From a virus (Duplodnaviria; Caudoviricetes): a DNA stretch of 37,382 nucleotides. Shown here in pieces: positions 17,396 through 25,880 of the stretch. The stretch covers positions 1-37,382 of the IMG/VR virus record IMGVR_UViG_3300014202_000231; one strand, given 5' to 3'. Within the stretch, counting starts at the first letter, position 1, and the number at the start of each line of letters is the position of its first letter. A model generated the notes under the pieces. The model ran no database searches. It was not told where the DNA came from and worked only from the letters and a program-made list of their open reading frames with translations. The position numbers and the translations under genes are program-made.

Positions 17396-18739
17396 ATGGC
17401 CATCGACGCATCTATCTACCGCGCCTTCGCGCCGCAGCAGCGCAGCGCCGTGCAGTACGCCGGCGAGTTCGACGAGCTGCAGGACCGCCGCACGAACCAG
17501 CGCGACCTGATGGCGAACAACGCCCTGGCGCGCACGTTCAACACGGCCAAGCTCGAAGAGTTCCAGGCGCAGCGCCAGCGCGCGAACGCGCTCGCTGCGC
17601 TGCAGCAGTCGCTGGCCGGCAAGCCCGACGACGAGGTGCTGGCCGGGCTGCGCGGCGCGGGCCAGTTCGATGCCGCCGGCGACTTCGAGAAGGGCATGCT
17701 CGAGCGCCGTAAGACGCGCGGCGAGATCACCAAGGACGCGGCCACGGCCGAGAAGACCTTCGGCGAGGCGCAGGCCGACGCGCTCAAGCGCTACCGCGGC
17801 GCGCTCGACTACATCGGCTCGCCGGCCGGTGCGCAGCGCTGGCTGCAGGCGCAGTACGCCGACCCGCTGCTGGCGCAGCACATGCAGTCGCTCGGGCCGA
17901 TCGAGAAGGCCATCGGCAGCATCCCGCAGGATCCGGCCGGCTTCGACCAGTGGCGCCAGCGCGCGGCGATGGGCATGGAGGGGTGGCTGAAGCAGAAGCT
18001 CGAAGAGGTTAAGGCGGCCGAGACGGGGCGGCACAACGTCGCCACCGAGGGCTTGACCAAGCGAGGGCAGGACGTGTCGGCGTCGACGACGCGCCGCGGG
18101 CAGGACATGACGGACGCGCGGGCGCGGGAAACGCTGACCGCTGACGCCGGCGGGCCGGCACAGGTCGCGCTGGCCAAGCAATTCGGCAAGCCACCGGCCG
18201 GATACCGCTGGAAGGCAGACGGCTCGATGGAGGCTGTGCCGGGCGGCCCTGCGGACATCAAGGCCGGCGAGATTGGAGCCAAGACGAAGGCGCGGCAGGA
18301 GTCGGCGCGGGCGCAGGGCGCAGCGGTGCTGGAAACCGTGCGCGAGGCCAAGGAACTGACGGGCATCAGCACGGCAGGCGTAGGCGGGCTGATCGCGAAC
18401 GTCCCCGCGACGTCGGCGCGAAACCTGCAAGCCAAGCTGACGACGATCAAGGCCAACCTCGGCTTCGACAGACTGCAGCAGATGCGCGACGAGTCGCCGA
18501 CCGGCGGCGCGCTGGGGCAGGTGGCGGTGCAGGAACTGATCGCGCTGCAGGCCACGGTGGCGTCGCTCGACCAGCTGCAGACGCCTGGCGAACTGCGCAA
18601 GGCGCTGGAGAAGATCGAGCGGCACTACTCGCGCTGGCTCGAGACGCTGGGCGGCGCCTCCGGTGGCGCGTCCGGTGACTTTGGCGCCGCGCCGGCGCCA
18701 GCGGCAGGCGGCGGCTTCCGCTACCTCGGGAAGGAGTGA
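17396..18739 (+). CDS. DNA ejection protein (second)
   Basis: Helical, A-rich; ETGRHN.ATE, PPAGYRW...GGPAD, SPTGGALGQV; follows the gp7-like gene. Confidence 0.75.
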   Translation: MAIDASIYRAFAPQQRSAVQYAGEFDELQDRRTNQRDLMANNALARTFNTAKLEEFQAQRQRANALAALQQSLAGKPDDEVLAGLRGAGQFDAAGDFEKGMLERRKTRGEITKDAATAEKTFGEAQADALKRYRGALDYIGSPAGAQRWLQAQYADPLLAQHMQSLGPIEKAIGSIPQDPAGFDQWRQRAAMGMEGWLKQKLEEVKAAETGRHNVATEGLTKRGQDVSASTTRRGQDMTDARARETLTADAGGPAQVALAKQFGKPPAGYRWKADGSMEAVPGGPADIKAGEIGAKTKARQESARAQGAAVLETVREAKELTGISTAGVGGLIANVPATSARNLQAKLTTIKANLGFDRLQQMRDESPTGGALGQVAVQELIALQATVASLDQLQTPGELRKALEKIERHYSRWLETLGGASGGASGDFGAAPAPAAGGGFRYLGKE

Positions 18740-18742
18740 CCC

Positions 18743-20446
18743 GTGGCCCGCTACCGCGTACAGGGGCCGGACGGGGCGATCCACGTCTTCGAGGGCCCTG
18801 ACGACGCCACGCCGGCGCAGATCGAGGCGTTCGCGGCGAAGACCTTCGGCAGCACCGCGCGCACCGAGCAGGCCGCAGCCGATCGCGCCGAGTTCGACCC
18901 GACGAAGGACATGGGCACCGGCGAGCGGGTGCTGGCCGGCATCGGCAAGGCGATCAGCGACACCGGCCTCGGGCTGCGCAGCCTGGTCGGCATGTCCGAG
19001 CCTGGGGAGGTGGCCGAACGGCGGCGTCTCGACGCCCCGCTGATGAACACCGGCGCCGGCCAGGTCGGCAACATCGCCGGCCAGGTCGGCATGGTGATGG
19101 CGCCTGGCGGCGCGCTCACCGGCGCCGGGAAGCTCGCCAGCCTTGCCGGCGCCGCACGTGCCGGCTCGGCGCTGACCGGGGCCGGCGTGTCGGCGATGGC
19201 GCCGACCACGATCAAGGGCGCGGCGACGCTAGGGGCGCTGGCCGGCGCCGCGCAGCCGGCCGAGGACATCACAGAGCGCGGCGCAAATGCCGCCTGGGGC
19301 CTTGCCGGCGGCGCTGGCGGTCAGGCTGCGCTGCGCGGCCTTGCGCGCGTGGTGCGCCCGCAGACCGACGCGAACGCGCTGGCGCTGCTGAAAGAGGGTG
19401 TGACGCCAACCCCTGGGCAACTGCTCGGCGGCACTTCGAAGCGCATCGAGGAAGGGCTGACATCCGTGCCGATCGTCGGCGATGCGATCAAGGGCGCACA
19501 GGGGCGGGCGGTGGCCGACCTGAACCGCGCTGCGATCGAGCGCTCCCTGACACCCATCGGCGCGAAGATGCCCAAGGGCATGACCGGGCGCGATGCGATC
19601 GAGTTCGCGGGCGAGACGCTGGGCAAGCGCTACGACGATCTGCTGCCGAAGCTGACGACGCAGGCCGACGGCCAGTTCATGTCCGAAATCCAGAACCTGC
19701 AGCGGATGATGGGCACGGGGTCGATCGACCCCGCAATGGCGCAGCGCTTCGAGGCGATCCTGCAGAGCCAGGTGCTGTCGAAATTCCAGCCCGGCGCCGG
19801 CGGCGCGCCCACCATCACCGGGCAGACGATGAAGGGCATCGAGTCCGACATCGGGCAGCTTGCGAGCCGGTTTCGCACCTCTCCAGACCCGGATCAGCGC
19901 ATGCTCGGCGACGCGCTGCTGGAGGTGCAATCGGCCCTGCGTGGGAACGTGCTGCGCTCGAACCCGCAGTTCGCGCCCGAACTCAAGGCGATCAACGAGG
20001 GCTATGCGAACTTCAAGCGCGTGCAGCGCGCGGCGGCCGGCGTCGGCGCCGAAGAGGGCGTCTTCAGCGCAGCGCAGCTGCAGAACGCCGTCAAGGCGAT
20101 GGACCGCTCGAAGGACAAGGCCGCGTTCGCGCGTGGCGACGCGCTGATGCAAGACCTGTCGGAGCCGGCGAAGTCGGTGCTCGGGTCGAAGGTGCCGGAT
20201 TCAGGGACGCCGTTTCGGACGCTGACCGCGCTGGGCGCTGGGGGTGCTGCTGGCGGGCTCATCGGCCCCGGTACGGCTGCCGGCGTGCTGGCTGCGCCGA
20301 TCCTCTACTCGCGCGCCGGGCAGAACGCGCTGGCCGCACTCATCGCGCGCCGCCCCGCTGCCGCCGAGCCTCTCGCCAACGAACTGCGGCGTCTAGCCCC
20401 CTACGCAGCGCTGCCCGCGATAGGCGCCAGCACGCAACAACGATGA
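18743..20446 (+). CDS. DNA ejection protein (third, large)
   Basis: YRVQGPDG...FEGP N-terminus; G/A-rich membrane-interacting stretches; VPDSGT motif. Confidence 0.75.
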   Translation: MARYRVQGPDGAIHVFEGPDDATPAQIEAFAAKTFGSTARTEQAAADRAEFDPTKDMGTGERVLAGIGKAISDTGLGLRSLVGMSEPGEVAERRRLDAPLMNTGAGQVGNIAGQVGMVMAPGGALTGAGKLASLAGAARAGSALTGAGVSAMAPTTIKGAATLGALAGAAQPAEDITERGANAAWGLAGGAGGQAALRGLARVVRPQTDANALALLKEGVTPTPGQLLGGTSKRIEEGLTSVPIVGDAIKGAQGRAVADLNRAAIERSLTPIGAKMPKGMTGRDAIEFAGETLGKRYDDLLPKLTTQADGQFMSEIQNLQRMMGTGSIDPAMAQRFEAILQSQVLSKFQPGAGGAPTITGQTMKGIESDIGQLASRFRTSPDPDQRMLGDALLEVQSALRGNVLRSNPQFAPELKAINEGYANFKRVQRAAAGVGAEEGVFSAAQLQNAVKAMDRSKDKAAFARGDALMQDLSEPAKSVLGSKVPDSGTPFRTLTALGAGGAAGGLIGPGTAAGVLAAPILYSRAGQNALAALIARRPAAAEPLANELRRLAPYAALPAIGASTQQR

Positions 20447-20489
20447 GCACCAGCAGCGGCTTGAGCAGCATCGCCCAGAACGTCGTCAT
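20340..20489 (-). CDS. Candidate 49-aa single-TM protein (possible superinfection exclusion)
   Basis: MTTFWAMLLKPLLVLIVVACWR plus a basic tail; GTGCAA-17-TACGCT ends 6 nt upstream of the ATG. Overlaps the 3' end of the ejection gene in antisense. Confidence 0.4.
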   Translation of the reverse strand: MTTFWAMLLKPLLVLIVVACWRLSRAALRRGLDAAVRWREARRQRGGAR

Positions 20490-20508
20490 CCAGAAAGCGT
20501 AGCACCCA

Positions 20509-21501
20509 ATGGCCGGACTTGCACCCTTCTTCAACGTCCAGTTCTTCGACTCGGCGGGGCTGCCCGCGGCCGGCTACCTGCTCTACACCTACGAGACGGG
20601 CACGACGACGCCGAAGACCAGCTACGCGGACCAGAACGAGAGCGCCGCGAACACGAACCCGATCGTGCTCGACGCCGACGGGCGCTGCTCGCTGTGGCTG
20701 GCCGACGACGCCGAATACGCGATCGCGCTGCACACGCCGGCCGACGCGCTGGTGAAGCGCTGGGACGACGTCGCGGCGGTGCCCGTGCTCAGTGTCGGGG
20801 ACTACGTGCCGCTGGCCGGCGGCGTGACGATGACGGGGCGGTTCAACCTGGTCGGCGCCGCGCAGGCGGCGCTGCAGCCGGTGACGCTGCAGCAGCTCAC
20901 CGACGCCATCTCGACCGGGACGTCAGGGTCGACCACCGGCGCGGCGCTGGCGGCCGAGACCGCCGCGCGCATCGCAGCGGATACGGCGCTCGCCGGGACT
21001 GTTACGGCCGAGGCGGCGGCCAGGACCGCGGCCGACGCGGCGCTCGCGGCGTCCATCGCGGCGATCAACGGCGCGGCCTCGGCCGTGCCGGTCGGCACCG
21101 TGATCATGTGGTTCCACGGCGCCCTGCCGAGCGGCTACCTGGCCCTCGAAGGCGGCGTCGGCAACCGCACCACGCACGCGGCGCTGTTCGCGCTGTGGAG
21201 CACCAGCTTCGGCAACGGTGACGGGTCGCTGACCTTCGGGCTGCCGGACTTCCGCGGCTACTTCCCGCGGGGCTGGGACAACACCGCCGGCGTCGACCCT
21301 GGCCGGGCGCTGGGCTCGACGCAGGCCGACGAGATCAAGGCGCACACGCACGCCATCACGATCACCGACACCGACCTGAACGGGCCCTTGGTGGCGAACG
21401 CATCGACCGGGGTTAACACGACCGGCGCGACACAGTCGACCGGCGGCACCGAGACGCGGCCGAAGAACCTGGCCTGCCGGTTTCTGGTCAAGGCCGTCTG
21501 A
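20509..21501 (+). CDS. Tail fibre with particle-binding N-terminus and tail-collar domain
   Basis: QFFD..G.P...LYTY..GTTTPK...[12 protein letters not shown]-terminus; collar VPVGTV...PSGYL...LFA...GDGS.TF.LPDFRG.F.RG; ends ETRPKN. Confidence 0.88.
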   Translation: MAGLAPFFNVQFFDSAGLPAAGYLLYTYETGTTTPKTSYADQNESAANTNPIVLDADGRCSLWLADDAEYAIALHTPADALVKRWDDVAAVPVLSVGDYVPLAGGVTMTGRFNLVGAAQAALQPVTLQQLTDAISTGTSGSTTGAALAAETAARIAADTALAGTVTAEAAARTAADAALAASIAAINGAASAVPVGTVIMWFHGALPSGYLALEGGVGNRTTHAALFALWSTSFGNGDGSLTFGLPDFRGYFPRGWDNTAGVDPGRALGSTQADEIKAHTHAITITDTDLNGPLVANASTGVNTTGATQSTGGTETRPKNLACRFLVKAV

Positions 21502-21502
21502 C

Positions 21503-22402
21503 ATGGCCGGCAGAAAACCAACGACCAGCGCGGTGCGGTTCGCGGAGAAGTGCGCGCCGCGGGAATCGGGCTGCGTGGAGTGGACTGCGGGCGGGAATCA
21601 GTACGGGTACGGAGAGTTTCTAGACAGCGGGAAGCGCATGGGCGCTCACCGTTGGGCGTACCAACGCGCTCACGGGCCAATACCGTCGGGGATGTACGTT
21701 CTGCACCGCTGCGACAACCCGGCCTGCGTCAACGTCGAGCATCTGTTTCTTGGCACCCAGCGCGACAACATCCAAGACGCCAGCCGCAAGGGGCGCGTGA
21801 ACAAGACGATCAAGTTGCGAGGTGAAGAGCACCCCAACGCAAAGATCACATCCGCCTTGGTCGTGAGCATCCGGCGCAGGTTCGCGCTTGGTGAGCGTCA
21901 ATTTGAAATCGCAAAGGACCTCGAGATGTCAAACGACTGGATCAACCGTATTGTCCGCAATAGGACGTGGAAAACAGCGGAATCCGGCTTCACGCTGATC
22001 GAATTGATGATTGTGGTGGCTATAATTGGAATCCTGGCCGCCATCGCGATGCCGGTGTACCTCGACTATGCCGCGAGGGCCAAGGTCGCTGAGTCGGCGA
22101 CCGCCAGCGCCGAGGCGCGCCTGGCCGTGATGATGGCGGCCGGCAGCGGCCACCTCACCGCAGCGTCGAACAACGAGACAGTCGGCATCGGCCCCCCTGA
22201 CGAGCTGGCGACGCGCTACGTGCAGAGCGTCACCGTCGCGGGTGTCTCGCCGACCGAGGCGACGGTGACAGTGCTGATGCGTGGCACGAACCACGAAGAG
22301 GTCGACGGGAAGGTCATCGTCTACACCATTCGCTGCCCGCAATCGAGCTGCCAGACCGAGGTCAGCGGCACGGTCGGGCACAAGTTCATGCCGAAGGTGT
22401 AG
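21503..22402 (+). CDS. In-frame fusion of an HNH endonuclease (aa 1 to ~157) and a type IVa pilin (mature from F163)
   Basis: C.EW....YGYG...AHR.AY....IP....[20 protein letters not shown] plus HTH, then KTAESG|[34 protein letters not shown]. No stop codon between the two parts. Confidence 0.9.
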   Translation: MAGRKPTTSAVRFAEKCAPRESGCVEWTAGGNQYGYGEFLDSGKRMGAHRWAYQRAHGPIPSGMYVLHRCDNPACVNVEHLFLGTQRDNIQDASRKGRVNKTIKLRGEEHPNAKITSALVVSIRRRFALGERQFEIAKDLEMSNDWINRIVRNRTWKTAESGFTLIELMIVVAIIGILAAIAMPVYLDYAARAKVAESATASAEARLAVMMAAGSGHLTAASNNETVGIGPPDELATRYVQSVTVAGVSPTEATVTVLMRGTNHEEVDGKVIVYTIRCPQSSCQTEVSGTVGHKFMPKV

Positions 22403-22412
22403 GGCGCACGCG

Positions 22413-22784
22413 ATGACGATCGAGAGCGACTGGGCTCGTCTGGTGGCCGAGGGCCAGGACAACCCGTCGATCACCCGCGACAAGCAGCTCGCCGTGCTGC
22501 TGGTGCATTCGCGCAAGCAGTCGATCGCGCTCGAGCAGGTGCGCGAGCAGCTGGAAGAGGCGGCCCGGCAGGTGGCGGCACTCGCCAAGTCGGTCGACGC
22601 GGTGCGCGAGCAGATGGCCCAGGACGCCGAACTGCTGAAAGCGGTGCGCGCCACCACCACGGCCGCCCAGGTGCTCAAGCGCGCGATCGTGTGGACGTCG
22701 GGCTTGGTCGTGGCGCTGGCCGGCTTCTGGTGGGCGTACTACACGGTCACCGGCAGCAAGCCCGACATCGGGATCGGGCCATGA
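22413..22784 (+). CDS. Coiled-coil protein with C-terminal TM helix (holin/antiholin candidate)
   Basis: Directly upstream of the endolysin; TM segment AIVWTSGLVVALAGFWWAYY. Confidence 0.65.
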   Translation: MTIESDWARLVAEGQDNPSITRDKQLAVLLVHSRKQSIALEQVREQLEEAARQVAALAKSVDAVREQMAQDAELLKAVRATTTAAQVLKRAIVWTSGLVVALAGFWWAYYTVTGSKPDIGIGP

Positions 22785-23275
22785 TCCACCCGCGCGCCGC
22801 GATGATGGTGGGCGTGGCGGTGATGGGCCTGGCCGCGCCCGTGGTCTACCACTGGGAAGGCGAGATCCGCCGCGGCTACCTCGACCCGATCGGCATCGTC
22901 ACCGCCTGCGTCGGGCACACTGCCACGGCGCGGCTCGGGCGCAGCTACACCGCCGAGGAATGCGCCGACTTGCTGGCGCACGACCTGATCGAGCACAACG
23001 CCGAACTGTTGCGCTGCGTGAAAGTCGATCTGCTGCCGCATGTGCACGCGGCGCTCTTGAGCTTCATCTTCAACGTCGGCGCCGGCGCGGCCTGCAATTC
23101 GACGCTGATGCGCAAGCTGAACGCGGGCGACGTTATGGGCGCCTGCGCCGAGCTGTCCCGGTGGACGTGGGCCGGCGGCCGGCAACTGCCGGGGCTGATC
23201 AAGCGCCGCGCCGCCGAGCGCAAGCTGTGCGAGGGCCGGCACGAGCAGCCGCCATCCCTGGGGGCCATCGGGTGA
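22781..23275 (+). CDS. SAR endolysin, GH24 lysozyme
   Basis: Weakly hydrophobic N-terminus; catalytic E-x8-D-x5-T (EGEIRRGYLDPIGIVT); FNVG; LPGL.KRR..E. Confidence 0.92.
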   Translation: MIHPRAAMMVGVAVMGLAAPVVYHWEGEIRRGYLDPIGIVTACVGHTATARLGRSYTAEECADLLAHDLIEHNAELLRCVKVDLLPHVHAALLSFIFNVGAGAACNSTLMRKLNAGDVMGACAELSRWTWAGGRQLPGLIKRRAAERKLCEGRHEQPPSLGAIG

Positions 23276-23475
23276 GCACGCGCTACGCCTCGCGCAAGTT
23301 CATCCTGGCGCTGGTCGGCCTGGCGCTGGCGACGTTCCTGCGCTGGCGCGGCCTGCTCGACGACGAGAGCACGACGACCATCATCATCACCGCGCTGCTG
23401 GGCTACCCGGCAGCCAACGTGGCCGAGGCCGCGCTGGCGCCGAAGGCCAAGGCCGACAAGGAGCCGGCGCCGTGA
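23272..23475 (+). CDS. Small two-TM protein, holin/pinholin candidate
   Basis: GTGA overlap; SRKF followed by two hydrophobic segments and a charged tail. Confidence 0.7.
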   Translation: MSTRYASRKFILALVGLALATFLRWRGLLDDESTTTIIITALLGYPAANVAEAALAPKAKADKEPAP

Positions 23476-23591
23476 TGGACTGGAAGCAGCGCATCGTGGC
23501 CGTGGGCGCCGTCGGCATGGTGCTGCTCGTCGTCGGCGCGGCGATCGCGCTGCTCTACGCGGGGTGGTGGCTGTGGCGAATCTTTACCTGA
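23475..23591 (+). CDS. 38-aa hydrophobic peptide (not in the ORF track)
   Basis: TGATG overlap; MDWKQRIVAVGAVGMVLLVVGAAIALLYAGWWLWRIFT. Confidence 0.55.
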   Translation: MDWKQRIVAVGAVGMVLLVVGAAIALLYAGWWLWRIFT

Positions 23592-24088
23592 TCGCGGCCA
23601 TCGTCGCTGCCGCCGTGGCCGTTGGCGCCACGTCGGGGTGGAAGCTGCGCGACATGGCGGCGGATGCCGAACTGTCGCAGGTGCGCGCCGAGCACGCCGC
23701 GGCGGCCGCCGACGCCGAGCGCGCCAGCCGCGTCGAAAGCGAGGCGCTGCGCGAGCGCGAGCGCGTGCTGCGCAACGTCACCGCCAAGGAGGTCGAGGAT
23801 GCCCGCCAGGATGCCGCGCTGGATGCGCGTCGCGCTGCTGATCTGCGCACTGTGTCTGACCGGCTGCGCGGCCACGTCGCGCGCCTTGCCGCCGCCACCG
23901 CTGCGCCAGGTGGAGATCCCGCCACTGCCGCAGGAGGCGAGACAGCCGCCGGCCCCGGCCTGGTGCTCGCCGACCTGTACGGACGCGCTGACGACGAGGC
24001 GCGCGAACTGGCTGCGAGCTATGACGCTGCCCGCCGGGCCGGATTGACGTGCGAGCGCCTTTACGACGCGGCGAGGGGCCCGACATGA
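23573..24088 (+). CDS. Rz: Inner-membrane spanin (Rz-like)
   Basis: N-terminal TM helix, coiled coil, AG.TCER.YD ending; hosts an embedded lipoprotein gene. Start could be 23564, 23567 or 23573. Confidence 0.85.
   Translation: MANLYLIAAIVAAAVAVGATSGWKLRDMAADAELSQVRAEHAAAAADAERASRVESEALRERERVLRNVTAKEVEDARQDAALDARRAADLRTVSDRLRGHVARLAAATAAPGGDPATAAGGETAAGPGLVLADLYGRADDEARELAASYDAARRAGLTCERLYDAARGPT
23799..24047 (+). CDS. Rz1: Outer-membrane spanin lipoprotein (Rz1-like), embedded in Rz
   Basis: AAGGAGG RBS, signal peptide with lipobox LTG-C, Pro-rich mature part, +1 frame relative to Rz. Confidence 0.85.
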   Translation: MPARMPRWMRVALLICALCLTGCAATSRALPPPPLRQVEIPPLPQEARQPPAPAWCSPTCTDALTTRRANWLRAMTLPAGPD

Positions 24089-24279
24089 CCCGAATGCCAA
24101 AGTTCAACTACTGGCGCAGCGCCGACGGCGACTGGCGCTGGCACCTGCGCGCCGGCAACGGCGAGATCGTGGCGCAGGGCGAGGGCTACCGCACGAAGGC
24201 AGGCGTCCTGCGCGGCATCGCCGCGGTGCGCCGGGCAGCGACACGGGCGCAAGAGCGCGACATCACCTTGAGGCCATGA
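24085..24279 (+). CDS. YegP/DUF1508-family protein
   Basis: F..WRS.DG.WRWHLRAGNGEIVA.GEGY.TK.....GI..V. Confidence 0.85.
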   Translation: MTRMPKFNYWRSADGDWRWHLRAGNGEIVAQGEGYRTKAGVLRGIAAVRRAATRAQERDITLRP

Positions 24280-24534
24280 GTGTCGGACGCCTACTACGCC
24301 ACGCGCCTCAGATTCGAGGGCTGGAGCGGCTGCGCGAAGCTGCACGGCCGCCGCGTGCCGCTGCGCACCATGCCGGCGCTGCCGGGTGTCGATCTGATGT
24401 TCGTGGCGATCGACTACATCCCCGAGGTCGCCATGAAGCGCATCCAGCCGCTGGGCGGGCCGTGGCGCGACATGGAAGACCACGAGGTCGCCGCGGCCGA
24501 CGCGCTGCTGCGGGAACTGGCGGGCGCCCGATGA
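24280..24534 (+). CDS. Hypothetical protein (84 aa)
   Basis: Abuts both neighbours; coding-like codon usage. Confidence 0.65.
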   Translation: MSDAYYATRLRFEGWSGCAKLHGRRVPLRTMPALPGVDLMFVAIDYIPEVAMKRIQPLGGPWRDMEDHEVAAADALLRELAGAR

Positions 24535-24710
24535 CCGTGCAAGACGCCGAGCGCGCCATCACCGAGCTGTCGATCCGGCTGCACTGGATCGCCGGCCACG
24601 TCGCGGATGCTGCGATCGCGCACCGGCTGCGAGACATCGCCGACGACCTGGCTGAGACGGCGCTGTCGCTGCGGGCGCTGGTGGCTACGGGGTTCGGGGA
24701 TCTGGACTGA
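24531..24710 (+). CDS. Hypothetical protein (59 aa)
   Basis: ATGA overlap; MTVQDAERAITELSIRL... Confidence 0.6.
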   Translation: MTVQDAERAITELSIRLHWIAGHVADAAIAHRLRDIADDLAETALSLRALVATGFGDLD

Positions 24711-24713
24711 GCG

Positions 24714-24733
24714 GTGGGGGACTTTTCTCCCAC
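24714..24733. repeat. Putative integrase arm-type site, left
   Basis: GTGGGGGACTTTTCTCCCAC; 16 of 20 bases identical to 24908-24927 on the other side of the core. Confidence 0.55.
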
Positions 24734-24818
24734 CTGACCGCGATCCAGGCGCCTGATGCAGGCAGCGCGCCTGGCGCACGCATGGGAGCGCGCCTTGTGC
24801 GGGGAGTCCGGCGAGCGG

Positions 24819-24862
24819 TTGCAAATCCGTCCAGTCCGGTTCGACTCCGGATCGCGCCTCCA
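24819..24862 (+). other. attP core: 3' half of tRNA-Cys(GCA)
   Basis: TTGCAAATCCGTCCAGTCCGGTTCGACTCCGGATCGCGCCTCCA gives anticodon loop, T-arm and acceptor 3' strand with CCA. No 5' half. Adjacent to the int 3' end. Confidence 0.88.
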
Positions 24863-24870
24863 CCTATGAA

Positions 24871-24893
24871 AACGGCCCCTCCTGCGGGCCGTT
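24871..24893. terminator. Hairpin after the tRNA fragment, likely terminator
   Basis: AACGGCCC-7 nt-GGGCCGTT, preceded by an A run. Confidence 0.55.
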
Positions 24894-24907
24894 CGCGCGT
24901 CTAGGCC

Positions 24908-24927
24908 GTGGGGAACTTCTTTCCCAT
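24908..24927. repeat. Putative integrase arm-type site, right
   Basis: GTGGGGAACTTCTTTCCCAT; matches 24714-24733. Confidence 0.55.
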
Positions 24928-25880
24928 CATGCCCGCCTCTTGATCCGCGCCAGCGCGTCGGCCAGGTGCTGCGTCGAGTGGTGGGCGTACCGCTTCGTCG
25001 TCGCCGCGCTCTTGTGCCCGAGCACCGCGCCGACCGTGCCAAGATCGACGCCGGCATTGACCATCGCGCTCGCGGCGGCGTGCCTCAGGTCGTGCAGGTG
25101 GACGTGCTCGAGGTTGCACGCGGCGCGGGCCAGCGGCCACCAGTAGTCGATCTCGCTGCGGCGCGGCATCGGAACGCGGCTGGCGCTGGTGATGATCGGC
25201 AGCATCGGCACGATCCGCGGCGCGCTGTTCTTGGTGTCGGCCAGGACGAAAAGTCCATCACTCCGCACCGCGCGCTGCGCCTCGCTCACGCGCATGCCGG
25301 TCCAGTAGAGGATACGGATCAGAGCCCGAACGCCCCGGTTCCGGCAGGCTCGGGCCAGGGCCACCATCTGGGCGCGCGATACGGGCACGTCACGCGCGTT
25401 TCTGACCGTGGGGGCTACCACCCTAGCCCCAGGGTCGGAATCGCCCCAGGAATGCCGCTTCCAGACCCACCGGCAGGCGGCGCGCAGGTAGGCGATGCGG
25501 TTCTTGACGGTGGCCGGGGCCAGGGCGCCGTGCTGGTCGGCGTTGTACTCCGCGCAGACCTCGGGCAGCTCGTCGATGGTGCGGCCTGTCCACCAGTCGC
25601 GGGTGGCCTCGATCTCGCGCAGCGCGTTGGCGCCGGCCTTCAGCGCGGGGACTCGCTCCCGCTTGAAACAACCGACAGCGTCGTCAATGGTGCGCCGAGG
25701 GCGGGCGATGCCGTGCGCGAGCGCGGACAGGGCCGCGCCTTCCTTGCTGTCGAAGGCGTCGGCCTGGGCTCGTGTCCAGCCGGCCGGGAGAAGCTGACGC
25801 CTGCGAACGCGCCGGCCGTCGAAGCGGCGGTCGAAGTCGAAGCGCCATCGGCCGGTGGCCTTGTCGCGGTAGATCGACAC
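24927..25880 (-). CDS. int: Tyrosine recombinase/integrase
   Basis: TGMRVSE, DTKN, HDLRH, LGH, TKRY catalytic residues; next to attP. Confidence 0.93.
   Translation of the reverse strand: MSIYRDKATGRWRFDFDRRFDGRRVRRRQLLPAGWTRAQADAFDSKEGAALSALAHGIARPRRTIDDAVGCFKRERVPALKAGANALREIEATRDWWTGRTIDELPEVCAEYNADQHGALAPATVKNRIAYLRAACRWVWKRHSWGDSDPGARVVAPTVRNARDVPVSRAQMVALARACRNRGVRALIRILYWTGMRVSEAQRAVRSDGLFVLADTKNSAPRIVPMLPIITSASRVPMPRRSEIDYWWPLARAACNLEHVHLHDLRHAAASAMVNAGVDLGTVGAVLGHKSAATTKRYAHHSTQHLADALARIKRRA

Noticed and set aside
24780-24862. Complete tRNA-Cys gene
   Set aside because: The 5' acceptor strand and D-arm are absent; only the 3' half is present, consistent with attP.
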